From: Bacteroidia bacterium
Lineage (GTDB): Bacteria; Bacteroidota; Bacteroidia; UKL13-3
Assembly: GCA_046296495.1 (NCBI GenBank)
Contig: JBKBLB010000006.1
Span: 37,949 to 101,948 of the forward strand
Reading direction: 5' to 3'
DNA length: 64,000 nt
In this document: one piece after another, positions 20,470 through 31,900 of the stretch
Layout of the letters: each line of letters starts with the position of its first letter
Position numbering within the stretch: the first letter of the stretch is position 1
Made by a program: the position numbers and the translations under genes
The notes under the pieces: generated by a model
The model's database searches: none
What the model saw: only the letters and a program-made list of their open reading frames with translations
Told to the model about the DNA's origin: nothing

Positions 20470-21774
20470 TCATGGGTTTTTAAACGCTTTTTGTTGCTCG
20501 TAATTCCTAATAAACTCATTAGGCTTTACTCCATATTTAAAAACTCTTCGTCTTTTTTGAAGCCAAAGTGTTTGAGGAATGCTGCTTATGCCAAGCTTTC
20601 GGGCAATTTCTTTGGTACCCAAAACTACATAATAATTTGCCTCAGCCTCGTGAGCAAATTCTTTAAAATAATAGCTTTTGCTTACGTAGAGTACACAAAT
20701 TACTTTAAGGTTATTGGTATCAAGGGCAGCAATTTGCCTAAGCATAAAAGTATCTGCACTAAAGTTGCGGCTGCTGGTATTGGCAAGGTAAATATAAACC
20801 TGTTTTTTTCTGAGCTTCTTTAACTTCAGTTTTTGATTTGGTTCAGCCAAAGTAAATACAATTTTTGGAACTTTTTTTCCTTTTTTAATGTTTCCAAGGT
20901 CCGGGTTTTCGGAGGTAACACGCATGGTTAAAAAGTATCCAAACGGATCGGCATTAATTAACTCGAAATAGCGGCCGTTTTTTTCAAAAAACATACGTTT
21001 GGGCGGTTTTGCAAGGGTAAAAGTACCAAGCGGATTAGTTGAATCAAAAATGGTATCTTTCATGTTTATTACCACAATTCTGTCGGTATCGCTGTCGTTG
21101 TAAATACCGTTGCTGTTGGCATCAAACAAAGCTATTTTAAAGCTATCGTCAGGTAATTTTACAATGCCAAAACGCCCCTGCAAACGTTGTTCGCGGTATG
21201 TAAATTCAATACCAACAAATCGTCTTCCTTTATAAATTTCTGCATAATACTCGTCCATGTATTTTTTAAAATCGTATTTATTACCAAACAACTTATTACG
21301 GCTTAGCAGAATTTTAATTTTTCCTTCGGGAAACCGATTGTTTTTTAATTCTATGGAAAGCGGTTTTTCATCGTAGTATGGCAGTTTATATGCGCTGTCG
21401 TTTGTAAAATCAAAATCATTGTTAGTATCTATAAATAAAATAGGGTTTTTTGTAAATGTATTGCCAACAAGAACAGCAACATAACCCGGGTTAATAGAAT
21501 TTGCGGAACCTGTAAAAAACAAATACCCATAACTGTAATTTTGGTAGCCTTGCGGTTTTTTTATTATAATTGTTTTTGCTTTTTTAAGACCTTCGTAATC
21601 AAACGAAAGTATGGTATCGCCTTGTGTATTAAAAAGAGCAAGTGTTAGCTGAAATTTATCAAACCGCTCATCTTTAGCATATTGGTTTAGCGAAACTTTA
21701 ATGGTATCGCCTGATTGTGAAAAAAGCATAAACGGTATGATGTATAAAATTAAAATTATAGATTTTCGAAACAT
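20470..21774 (-). CDS. Secreted hypothetical protein with a C-terminal thioredoxin-like (TlpA-like) region lacking CxxC
   Basis: Signal peptide. The C-terminal roughly 120 aa resemble the TlpA/AhpC fold (…IPQTLWL…), but the CxxC position reads ANTSS. Confidence 0.45.
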   Translation of the reverse strand: MFRKSIILILYIIPFMLFSQSGDTIKVSLNQYAKDERFDKFQLTLALFNTQGDTILSFDYEGLKKAKTIIIKKPQGYQNYSYGYLFFTGSANSINPGYVAVLVGNTFTKNPILFIDTNNDFDFTNDSAYKLPYYDEKPLSIELKNNRFPEGKIKILLSRNKLFGNKYDFKKYMDEYYAEIYKGRRFVGIEFTYREQRLQGRFGIVKLPDDSFKIALFDANSNGIYNDSDTDRIVVINMKDTIFDSTNPLGTFTLAKPPKRMFFEKNGRYFELINADPFGYFLTMRVTSENPDLGNIKKGKKVPKIVFTLAEPNQKLKLKKLRKKQVYIYLANTSSRNFSADTFMLRQIAALDTNNLKVICVLYVSKSYYFKEFAHEAEANYYVVLGTKEIARKLGISSIPQTLWLQKRRRVFKYGVKPNEFIRNYEQQKAFKNP

Positions 21775-21855
21775 TTAAATAAAATTTTTTTGTAAGCAAA
21801 TAAACCCAAAATAAGCAAATTTGTATTAACACCCAAAATGCATCAACTTGCAGGC

Positions 21856-22644
21856 ATGTATGTAAGGGCAAAAAAGCATTTAGGCCAGCATTTTTTAAAC
21901 GATCAAAACATTGCACAAAACATTGTTTTGGCATTAATTAATCAAAACTGCCCACAAACAATTCTAGAAGTAGGCCCGGGAACAGGTGTACTTACAAAGT
22001 TTTTGCTGCAATACCCCGAAAAACAAATTTTTGTTTCCGAAATAGATACCGAATCCATAGAGTATCTTAAGTTGCATTATGTAGCACTCGGTTCAAATAT
22101 TATTAACCAAAGTTTTCTTGAAATTGATTTTTCTGTTTTTGGCTCGAACCAAATTGCTGTAATTGGAAATTTTCCTTATAATATTTCATCTCAAATTGTT
22201 TTTAAAATTCTTGATAATTGGCAGCAAGTTCCGATAATGGTTGGCATGTTTCAAAAAGAGGTTGCCATGCGTTTGTGTGCAAAACCCAAAACAAAAGATT
22301 ATGGTATTTTAACGGTTTTGGCGCAAGCATTTTACGATATTGAATATTTGTTTACCGTTCCTGCACATTTATTTACACCTCCGCCAAAAGTACTAAGTGC
22401 AGTTGTTAGATTTACATTAAAAAACAGTTTACCCGATTGCGATTACGAAATATTACGAAAAGTTGTTAAAACAGCATTTAACCAAAGAAGAAAAAAATTA
22501 CGTAATGCTTTATCGGTTTTTGGCATAAGCGATGAATATTTGCAACCATTTTTAAACCAAAGGGCAGAAGAATTAAGCTTACAAGATTTTATAACACTAA
22601 CCAACCTGATAAAACAAAACAGCAATGGAAATAAAGCAGGCTGA
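21856..22644 (+). CDS. rsmA: 16S rRNA (adenine1518/1519-N6)-dimethyltransferase
   Basis: KKHLGQHFL N-terminus and EVGPGTGVLT SAM motif. The start is taken at the internal Met of ORF 21838. Confidence 0.85.
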   Translation: MYVRAKKHLGQHFLNDQNIAQNIVLALINQNCPQTILEVGPGTGVLTKFLLQYPEKQIFVSEIDTESIEYLKLHYVALGSNIINQSFLEIDFSVFGSNQIAVIGNFPYNISSQIVFKILDNWQQVPIMVGMFQKEVAMRLCAKPKTKDYGILTVLAQAFYDIEYLFTVPAHLFTPPPKVLSAVVRFTLKNSLPDCDYEILRKVVKTAFNQRRKKLRNALSVFGISDEYLQPFLNQRAEELSLQDFITLTNLIKQNSNGNKAG

Positions 22645-23986
22645 TAAAAACTTGGTTAAACACATAAAACAACTTATTGATGCCGGAGAAAGCAACCGCA
22701 TTAAAGAAGAACTTGATGCCTTGTATGCCCAAGATATTGCCGAAATTATAAACGGTTTGCCCGAAGAATATGCGAAAAAACTGGTAACGTTTATTTCTAA
22801 AGAAAACTTGGTAAAAGTGTTGGTTGAAATGGATGACGAAGCCAGAGAAAAATTTTTACAAGCCTTTAGCCCCAAAACAATTGCCGATGAATTTATTTTA
22901 ATGATGGACTCTGATGATGCAGCTTATATTTTGAGCCATTTTAATGTAAAAGAACAGGAAGAAATAATTTCAAACATTTCAGATATTGAGTATGCCGGCA
23001 GTTTGCTAAATCTTTTAAATTACGAAGAAGGAACAGCCGGAAGCATAATGGCAGTAGAGCTGGTAAAAGTAAACCAACAGGCCACCGTGCAACAATGTAT
23101 TGATGAGGTAAGGGCACAGGCCGAAAATGTTGACAATATTTATGTAGTATATGTGGTTGATGATTACGACAGGCTTGTTGGTTATATAAACCTAAAAACA
23201 CTGCTAATTAGCAAGCCAACACAAAGTATTAACAGTATTATTGAACGCAAAATTATTTGGGCAAGCACATCTGATAGTTTAGAGGATGTTGCCAACCTTA
23301 CAAAAAAGTACGATTTAATTGTAGTTCCGGTGGTAGATGCACTCGGCAGGCTTGTAGGCCGAATTACCATTGATGATGTGGTAGATGTAATTAAAGAAGA
23401 AGCCAACGAAGACTACCAGTTAATGAGCGGTATTACCGAGGATGTAGATGCAACCGATAAAGTTTGGATTCTTACACGCGCCCGCTTACCCTGGCTGCTA
23501 ATTGGTATGCTGGGCGGCATTGCAAGCAGTAGGTTTATAGAAATTTACGAAGACCAATTGCGCATACACCCCGAAATGGCATTTTTTATGCCACTAATTG
23601 CAGCCATGGGAGGTAATGTTGGCGTACAATCATCGGCAATTGTGGTACAGGGTTTAGCAAACGATACTTTTGGTTCAAAAAACATTGTAGGTAAAATTTT
23701 TAAAGAACTGCGAGTAGCTTTGTTAAATGGTATAATTTGCTCATCGCTCATTTTATCTTACAATGTTATTTTCAACGACTCTATGGAGCTAAGCCTTACT
23801 GTTAGTATTGCCTTAATTACTGTTATAATTTTTGCATCATTGTTTGGCACCTTTATTCCCATGTTTTTAAACAAGGTAAAAATTGATCCGGCTTTGGCCA
23901 CCGGACCTTTTATTACCACCACTAACGACCTGATTGGAATTGCTATTTATTTTAGCATTGGAAGACTTTTATATGGCGCTTTGTAA
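22625..23986 (+). CDS. mgtE: Magnesium transporter MgtE
   Basis: MgtE N domain, tandem CBS, and 5-TM MgtE domain. Overlaps the rsmA 3' end by 20 nt. Confidence 0.9.
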   Translation: MEIKQADKNLVKHIKQLIDAGESNRIKEELDALYAQDIAEIINGLPEEYAKKLVTFISKENLVKVLVEMDDEAREKFLQAFSPKTIADEFILMMDSDDAAYILSHFNVKEQEEIISNISDIEYAGSLLNLLNYEEGTAGSIMAVELVKVNQQATVQQCIDEVRAQAENVDNIYVVYVVDDYDRLVGYINLKTLLISKPTQSINSIIERKIIWASTSDSLEDVANLTKKYDLIVVPVVDALGRLVGRITIDDVVDVIKEEANEDYQLMSGITEDVDATDKVWILTRARLPWLLIGMLGGIASSRFIEIYEDQLRIHPEMAFFMPLIAAMGGNVGVQSSAIVVQGLANDTFGSKNIVGKIFKELRVALLNGIICSSLILSYNVIFNDSMELSLTVSIALITVIIFASLFGTFIPMFLNKVKIDPALATGPFITTTNDLIGIAIYFSIGRLLYGAL

Positions 23987-24037
23987 AATTTTTGTTGAAC
24001 CCAAGCAACCATTTAAAACGTTTAATTTACTTTTAAA

Positions 24038-25006
24038 ATGAAACTTGCCCGATTAAAAAAATATGTAAACAATATTTTAATTGCCGACCCACTGCATGAG
24101 CATTTGGTTGATGGTTTAAAAAAGGCCGGTTTCAGCGTTCTTTACATGCCGGATATAACTCCGGAAAAGTTGGTTGAAGAAATAAAGCATATAGAAGGCT
24201 TGGTAATTCGCAGTAAAATGTTTTTATCGGCTGATGTATTGCAACAAGCAAAAAATTTAGTTTTTATAGCAAGAGCAGGAGCGGGTATGGATAATATAGA
24301 TGAAGTATTTGCTACAACTAAAGGGATTTTTTGTTTTAATGCAGGTGAGGCAAATGCCGATGCTGTTGGCGAGCATACAGTAGGCATGATGCTCATGTTA
24401 CTAAATAAGCTTGCAATAGCCAATATACAGGTAAAAAATAAAATTTGGCTGCGCGAAGAAAACCGCGGGTACGAACTTGCAGGAAAAACTGTTGGAATTA
24501 TAGGTTTTGGAAACACAGGTAAAGCAGTAGCAAAAAAACTTAGCGGTTTTAACGTTAATGTGCTAGCCTATGATAAATACCTAAAAAACTACGGCAATAG
24601 TTATGCAAAGCAAGCTTCAATGAGCGAAATTTTTACAAAAGCCCACATTTTAACTTTGCATGTGCCGCTTACAAGTATTACCCAAAACATGGTTAATAGT
24701 GCTTTTATAAATAGGTTTAAACAGCCTTTTTACCTGTTAAATTTATCGCGGGGTAAGGTGGTTGATACCAAAAGCCTTGTAAAGGCCATGCAGCAGGGTA
24801 AGATATTGGGTGCTGCCCTTGATGTGCTTGAAAACGAAAACTTAAACCAACTTACATGGCAACAGCAAAAACATTTTAACTTTTTGGCAAGCAGCCCAAA
24901 AACGGTTTTAAGCCCGCATATTGGTGGCTGGACTTACGAAAGTTATTACAAAATTTCTAACGTGTTGTTAAACAAAATATTACACATGTTTGAACCCGAT
25001 TGCTGA
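24038..25006 (+). CDS. D-isomer-specific 2-hydroxyacid dehydrogenase family protein (PGDH-like)
   Basis: NAD-binding GIIGFGNTGKAVAKKL. Catalytic R/E/H pattern near the C-terminus (SPHIGG). Confidence 0.8.
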   Translation: MKLARLKKYVNNILIADPLHEHLVDGLKKAGFSVLYMPDITPEKLVEEIKHIEGLVIRSKMFLSADVLQQAKNLVFIARAGAGMDNIDEVFATTKGIFCFNAGEANADAVGEHTVGMMLMLLNKLAIANIQVKNKIWLREENRGYELAGKTVGIIGFGNTGKAVAKKLSGFNVNVLAYDKYLKNYGNSYAKQASMSEIFTKAHILTLHVPLTSITQNMVNSAFINRFKQPFYLLNLSRGKVVDTKSLVKAMQQGKILGAALDVLENENLNQLTWQQQKHFNFLASSPKTVLSPHIGGWTYESYYKISNVLLNKILHMFEPDC

Positions 25007-25100
25007 AAAATGATTGTAAGTTTATGTATTGATTTATTGAACCAAATCATTTTAATTGCCACCTTTAAATTTTTGTTAATAAGAAGTAAACCCTACATAA

Positions 25101-28100
25101 ATGAAGAAAATATACTCTTTATTGGCAGCATTGCTGCTTGTTAATTGTGGTCTTTTTGCCCAATCTGGTTTGGGCGAAATAAGAGGTAAAGTGCTTGATG
25201 GAAAAACCAAAAAACCTTTGGACTATGTGAGTGTAACACTAAAATTAAATGGCGTTACAAAGGCCTCAACATTAACTGATGATGATGGTAACTTTACCAT
25301 TAAAACACTTCAGCCCGGAGCTTATGATTTGTTTGCAACCTATATCGGGTATTTGAACCAAACAATAACCAATATTAATGTTACTGGTGATGAAATTCGT
25401 TTTGTTAACTTTAGCATGACAAAAAGTGAAGAAGGTCAAACATTAAAAGAAGTAGTTGTAGAATACAAAAAACCTTTGGTTGACCCTGGAGGTGTAAAGG
25501 GTGAAACCAAAACTTCAAAAGAAATTATGTCGTTGGGTAACCGCAGTTTCAACTCAATTGCTGGTACAACCCTTGGTGTTGATTCAAGAAATGGCGGTAC
25601 ACCAAATTTTAGAGGAGCACGTGCAGAAGGTACTGCTTATTATATTGATGGTGTTCGTGTTCAGGCCGGCTCTATTGCTGTTCCACAAAATGCCATCGAT
25701 CAAATACAGGTTATTACAGGTGGTACACCTGCTCAATATGGAGACTTTATTGGTGGTGCCATTAGCATTACAACCAAAGCCCCCACTAAAAACTTTAACA
25801 GAGCTTTCGAATATACAACAGCTACTCCATTTGCCGGTTGGTTAGATTATACACACATCAATCAGTTTCAAACAGTTGTTTCTGGGCCTTTAAAAATTGC
25901 AAACAAGGGTAGAGGAGACCAAGAAAGAGTTGTTGTTGGGTTTTTGTTTTCTGGTGCAATAACTTATGCAAGAGACGGAGCTCCACCGGCTGTTGATTTG
26001 TATAAAGTAAAAGATGAAAAATTAAAAGAATTACAAGAAAATCCTTTAGTTCCTGGTCCGGGAGGAACGCTATTTTACTCGGGTGAGTTTTTGAGAAAAA
26101 GCGATTTAGAGCGAGTTAGGTTCAGGCAAAATGCCGAAAGTTGGTCTGGGCAGGTTAATGGAAACTTTGTTTATCAGCCAACCGATAATATTAATATTCG
26201 TTTTGGTTATTTCGGCAACTACAGCCGTGGGCGAGCTTTTAATCATTTTCATAGTTTAATGAATTATGAAAACAACCCTATTTCCGATAACTATACAGGG
26301 CGTTTGTATGTGCAGTTTACTCAAACATTTAAAAACAAGGATGAAAAAGAATCAGAGAAAAAATCAACCATTACAAATGCTTTTTATACCGCTCGTTTAT
26401 CATACGAAATGAGTTATGGCGAAAGCATGGATGCCAATTTTGGCAGAGATATTTTTAGGTATGGACATATAGGAAGATTTACCACCTACCAAGCTCCAAA
26501 TTTTCAGCGTGTTGTTAAAGGATTTGGAGAAAAACCCGATTCCTTTATGATGGATAACGGTCAATATATTTATTTAACAAATTACTGGAGACATGCCGGA
26601 TTTAGAGATACTGCTTTGGTTTTTCAACAAGGGCCCGACAATAAAATTAGAGGCAATTACTCAAAAAATGTTATTGATTATTTTGGCTCAAGCAATATTA
26701 GAAACATAAATACTTTACGCGGCTTAAACGGATTAATTAATGGAGATAACCCAAATGGTTTATACTCAAACATGTGGGGTAATGTTGGACAGTTAATACA
26801 AGGTTCATACGGCAAAAACATGGCCGAAACATGGACAGCCTACATTATGTCTGAGTTTAGCATTGCACCAAAAAGTAATCCAAAAGCCAAGCACGATTTG
26901 CAGTTTGGAATGACTTTCGAACAGCAATTCAGGCGAGGTTATTCGATTGGGGCCAATGGATTATGGTCGTTAATGAGGTTATTGCAAAACAGGCAGTTTG
27001 CCGGATTGGATACAGTTCCAATTTTAAAGTTCAACGAGTTTGGTGTGTTTAATGATACGGTAATGTTTCAAAGAAGAATTATAGACTCGGGCTATGTTGG
27101 AACCTTTGACTACAACCTAAGAAATAAGCTAATGAGAGAGGGCGCAACCGATGCATTTGGAAGACCAATTGATAAATATACATTCCTTGATATAAACTCT
27201 TATGACCCTAGTGTTTTTAGCCTTGATATGTTTACGCCCGATGAATTATTAAATAATGGTAACTCGTTTGTTAGCTATTTTGGTTACGATCACTTGGGAA
27301 ATATTGTTAGGGGCAAACCCAGCCTTGACGCTTTCTTGAACCAAAGAGATGCCAATGGAAATTTTGTTAGGCTATTACCGTCATATCAGCCAAACTATTT
27401 TGCTGCTTGGGCTCAAGATAAATTTGTATTTAAAGATTTAGTAGTTAGGCTGGGTGTGCGTGTTGAAAGATTTGATGCTAATCAACCGGTTTTAAGAGAT
27501 CCTTACTCGATGGTGCCTGTTTATACAGCAGGCGAAGTTAAAGCTGCAAATGCTACTACTAATGCAAACATAGCAGGTTTAAAAGACCAAATTCCTTCGG
27601 TAATTGGCGATGACTATGTAGTATATGTGAACCGCGATCCCGCAAACCAAAAATCATCGGGGATGAGCATTACCGGGTTTAGAAGCGGAAACAGTTGGTT
27701 TGATAAAAACGGTAATCCCATTAGCGACCCACAAGCAATTGCACGTGCCGGTAATACCAACAGAAATATTCCATTACTGGTTGACCCTGATAATCCGCAA
27801 AGGCCAACTACGGCATCTTTTGTTGATTATACTCCTGATGTTAGGGTTTTGCCTCGTGTTTGGTTCTCTTTTCCAATATCAACAACTTCTCAGTTTTTTG
27901 GAACTTATGATATATTAACGCAAAGACCATCCAACAATGTAGCACAAATTGATGATTACTACTTTTTACAAAACAGGCTTAATAACCCTATTGCCAACCC
28001 CAATTTAAGATTGACCCAAGTAACAGACTATGAAATTGGTTTTAGACAACAAATTGGTACTGACGCGGCTTTAGGTATAATAGCCTCATATAGAGAGTTT

Positions 28101-28907
28101 AGAAATTTGGTTCAATTATTCCCCTACATACAAGCATGGCCAAACACTTATAATACTTTAAGTAATATTGACTTTGCAACTGTAAAAAGCTTAGGTTTGG
28201 AATACAATATTCGCGAACTTGGAAACATAAGTTTAAATGCCAACTATCAGTTACAGTTTGCCGATGGTACAGGTAGTAACGCAACATCAAGCGGTGCTTT
28301 AATACAAGTTGGTTTACCAAGTTTAAGAACTGTATTTCCTCTTGATTTTGATACCCGCCATACATTTAAAGCCATTTTTGATTACCATTATAAAGAAGGA
28401 AAAGATTATAACGGTCCTCGTGTAAATGGTAAAAATATTTTCGAAAATGCGGGATTCAACATAATTTTTACAGGCTACTCGGGTCGCCCATATACACGTA
28501 ATCTAATACCAACTCCAGATGGAGTTCAAAGCGGTGTGGTTGTTCGTAGTCCAATTGTTGGTACCATTAATGGCGCTAACCTTCCACCTCAATACAACGT
28601 TGATTTAAACGTTGACAAAAACTTTACATTTAAACAAAAACGCATTGATGGTGGTGTAACCATGTATCGTTTACGTACTTTCTTATGGATTCAAAACCTG
28701 TTTAATGTTGCAAATGTTACAAGTGTGTTCAGATATACAGGAAGTGCTTACAACGATGGTTTCTTAACCTCGCCATTTGCACAAGAGCAAATAAGAAGTG
28801 CAACCGATGAGCAGTCGTATATTGACTTATATAATGCAAGAATGCTTAATCCGGCTCGTTTTATGTTGCCACGTATAACTCGTTTGGGTGTAGCATTGTA
28901 TTTTTAA
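25101..28907 (+). CDS. Very large TonB-dependent-receptor-like outer-membrane protein (CarboxypepD_reg domain, plug, extended barrel)
   Basis: 1268 aa. Signal peptide. N-terminal CarboxypepD_reg (RGKVLDGKTKKPLDYVSVTL...DDDGNFTI). Plug-like region (GGTPNFRGARAEGTAYYIDGVRV). C-terminal …LGVALYF. Confidence 0.7.
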   Translation: MKKIYSLLAALLLVNCGLFAQSGLGEIRGKVLDGKTKKPLDYVSVTLKLNGVTKASTLTDDDGNFTIKTLQPGAYDLFATYIGYLNQTITNINVTGDEIRFVNFSMTKSEEGQTLKEVVVEYKKPLVDPGGVKGETKTSKEIMSLGNRSFNSIAGTTLGVDSRNGGTPNFRGARAEGTAYYIDGVRVQAGSIAVPQNAIDQIQVITGGTPAQYGDFIGGAISITTKAPTKNFNRAFEYTTATPFAGWLDYTHINQFQTVVSGPLKIANKGRGDQERVVVGFLFSGAITYARDGAPPAVDLYKVKDEKLKELQENPLVPGPGGTLFYSGEFLRKSDLERVRFRQNAESWSGQVNGNFVYQPTDNINIRFGYFGNYSRGRAFNHFHSLMNYENNPISDNYTGRLYVQFTQTFKNKDEKESEKKSTITNAFYTARLSYEMSYGESMDANFGRDIFRYGHIGRFTTYQAPNFQRVVKGFGEKPDSFMMDNGQYIYLTNYWRHAGFRDTALVFQQGPDNKIRGNYSKNVIDYFGSSNIRNINTLRGLNGLINGDNPNGLYSNMWGNVGQLIQGSYGKNMAETWTAYIMSEFSIAPKSNPKAKHDLQFGMTFEQQFRRGYSIGANGLWSLMRLLQNRQFAGLDTVPILKFNEFGVFNDTVMFQRRIIDSGYVGTFDYNLRNKLMREGATDAFGRPIDKYTFLDINSYDPSVFSLDMFTPDELLNNGNSFVSYFGYDHLGNIVRGKPSLDAFLNQRDANGNFVRLLPSYQPNYFAAWAQDKFVFKDLVVRLGVRVERFDANQPVLRDPYSMVPVYTAGEVKAANATTNANIAGLKDQIPSVIGDDYVVYVNRDPANQKSSGMSITGFRSGNSWFDKNGNPISDPQAIARAGNTNRNIPLLVDPDNPQRPTTASFVDYTPDVRVLPRVWFSFPISTTSQFFGTYDILTQRPSNNVAQIDDYYFLQNRLNNPIANPNLRLTQVTDYEIGFRQQIGTDAALGIIASYREFRNLVQLFPYIQAWPNTYNTLSNIDFATVKSLGLEYNIRELGNISLNANYQLQFADGTGSNATSSGALIQVGLPSLRTVFPLDFDTRHTFKAIFDYHYKEGKDYNGPRVNGKNIFENAGFNIIFTGYSGRPYTRNLIPTPDGVQSGVVVRSPIVGTINGANLPPQYNVDLNVDKNFTFKQKRIDGGVTMYRLRTFLWIQNLFNVANVTSVFRYTGSAYNDGFLTSPFAQEQIRSATDEQSYIDLYNARMLNPARFMLPRITRLGVALYF

Positions 28908-28925
28908 ATAATAGGAGAAATTAAT

Positions 28926-31900
28926 ATGAACAAATACAACATTATTAAACTTTTGATTTTTGCGGTAATTACCCTATCCGCAACAAACTCTTTTGCAAAA
29001 GAGAATATAAAAGATCCAACAGGAGGCAATTTGCCAAAGGGAGGATTGCGTAAAAAAGCATCAGGTTGTTTGCCCGCTACACAACAGCGCGACCTAGACA
29101 TAAATAACGTAAGAACCACCATATTAAATGGTGGCGATATGTGGTGGAACCTGCAACAGGCAAGATACGAGATACCAAAAGTTCAACCGGGCCAAGTATC
29201 AAAACACTCATTATTTGCAGGAGCCCTTTGGATTGGCGGCATAGCAGAAGGAAATCTAAAAATTGCTGCTCAAACATACAGGCAAAGTGGTAACGATTTC
29301 TTTCCAGGACCATTGCAAATTGATGGTTCAGCCAATATTACGCAAGAAAGATGTAAACAATTTGATAGAATTTATAAAGTTACCTTAGACGAAATTGATG
29401 TAATTAGAGATAGTCTAAAATTCGATCCGGCAAATATTCCAACAGATATAATGGAATGGCCGGGTAATGGTGGCCCGGGCGAAGCTCCTTTTCTAGCCCC
29501 TTTTATAGATGTAAATAATGATATGAAATACAATGCAGAAGCCGGAGATTATCCTGCATTAGAGCAAAACAACCCAAGAAATATCCCTGATATGATGTTA
29601 CTAACTATTTATAACGATAAAGGTAACATACATACAGAATCTGATGGTTTTCCAATAGGCATTGAACTTCACACCATCAGTTTTGGTTATCAAACAAACG
29701 ATGAAATTAATAACATGACTTTTTACCGAACCACTATTTATAATCGTGGTTCTGAAACAATTGACAGTTGTGTATTTGGACAATGGGTTGACCCTGACCT
29801 GGGTAACTACACAGACGATTTTGTAGAGTGCGATGTAAACCGAAATCTTGGTATTTGCTACAATGGCGATGATAATGATGAAGGTATTTTGGGTTATGGT
29901 TTAAATCCGCCAAGTGTTGGTGTAAACTTTTTTGAAGGTCCGAGAAGGCCTGATAGCTCTGAAATTGGTTTAACCAAGTTTGTTTACTACAACAATGACT
30001 TATCTGTAATAGGAAATCCAAGAAGACCAGAACATTTTTGGAACTATTTAAATGGCCGTTGGACAGATGGTTTACAAATTACTTATGGTGGAAACGGAAG
30101 AGGAGGAACAGACACAGCAAGTTTTATGTTTCCAGGAACAACCGACCCGGCAAGAAGAGCTGAGTGGACAGAAAGAACAGCTGGTAACCAACCTGCCGAC
30201 AGAAGGTTTTTACAAACCGCAGGCTCGTTTACACTATTGCCGGGTGCTGTAAATAGGGTAACGGTTGCGGTTGTTTGGGCACGAGCTACCTCGGGTGGTG
30301 CAACCGGATCTTTTAACTTGTTAAAACAAGCATCAGACAGAGCTTTTGTATTGTTTAAAAACAATTTTACCTTAATTGATGGTCCAAGCGCACCTGATGT
30401 TTTAATTACTGAGTTGGATAGAAGTATTGTTATATCGCTAACAAACTATGCAAATACTGAAAAATATATTGACTCAACCACCGGTGTTTGTTTAGGAACA
30501 AAATCGGTATTCCAATTTCAGGGTTACCAAATATATCAGTTAAAGCGCAACTCGTTTACAAACCTTTCAAATCCTGAAGAGGCCAGACTTATTGCACAAT
30601 GCGATATTATTGACGGAGCAAGTTTAATTATCAATGAAGTGTCTGACCCTGAATTGGGAACAACTAAACGAGTAATGGTAAATGGTGAAAATAAAGGTAT
30701 TCGCCATACTTTTAAGATTACGAAAGATGAGTTTTCGCAAGCGGCTGACCCTACTTTGGTAAATTTTCAAAACTATTACTATACAGTTATAGCCTACGCT
30801 AGCAATACCAATTGTGCAATTGATCCAACACAATATTTAGCGGGAAGAAGAAACATCAAAATTTATGAAGCGGTTCCTCATAAGCCATTCGCCCGTAATC
30901 AAGGAACACAACTTAATTCAACCTATGGCGATGGACCTGAAATTACAAAAATTGAGGGACGTGGCAATGGAGGAAATTCGCTACTTTTAACTAAAGCAAC
31001 TATTGAAAAAGCTTTGGTTGAACCTTATTATGTAAATGCTCCGGTTTACCAAAAAGGCAGAGGCCCTATACAAGTAAAAGTGTTTGATCCATTTAAAGTT
31101 CCTTTTGCCGAATTTGAATTAAAAATGGTTGATACATCTAATGCAACTAACAGATCTACACAATTAAGAGGCAGTGCTGTATATTGGGTGCTTAAAAATA
31201 CTACCACAGGAGAAGAGTTAAAATCGGAAAATGTAATAGGTGAACCAAATGAGCAAGTTTTTGGCAAATGGGGCATTTCAATTAAAGTAAACCAATCAAT
31301 ATTGCCCGGTGATGCAACAAATGAAAAAGATGAATCGAACGGTTTTATAGAAGCCGAAATGGTTTTTAATAATCCAAATCAGGTTTGGTTAACCGGTGTA
31401 CCCGATGAAGCAGCTCCTATCGTTCCTTTTAACTGGATTAGGTCGGGTAATACAGGGTCACCAACTTTTAATAACGGATTTTTACACGATTTTGCATTAA
31501 ACGGCAGATCTATTGACCCAAGAAGGCAATACAGCACTATTCTAAATGGAACATGGGCTCCATATGCTTTATGTGCTACAGCAACACCTATACCAACCAA
31601 CAATCAGTTTACACACGGACCCGGGTTTAACAGCCAGTCGGGTCTATACGATCCTCACTTTAGGTTATCAAATCTAATGAGTGTTGATGTTGTATTTACT
31701 CCAGATAAATCTAAATGGACAAGATGTGTGGTAATTGAAACCGGTGAAGATCCTGCTTTAACTATTGGCAATGTAAGAAAAATGCACAGAAGAGAATCAC
31801 CTTCGGTTGATAAAGATGGAAAACCTGATGGAACAGGAAATGGAAGAGGATGGTTCCCGGGTTACGCAATTAATGTAGAAACAGGCGAACGTTTAAATAT

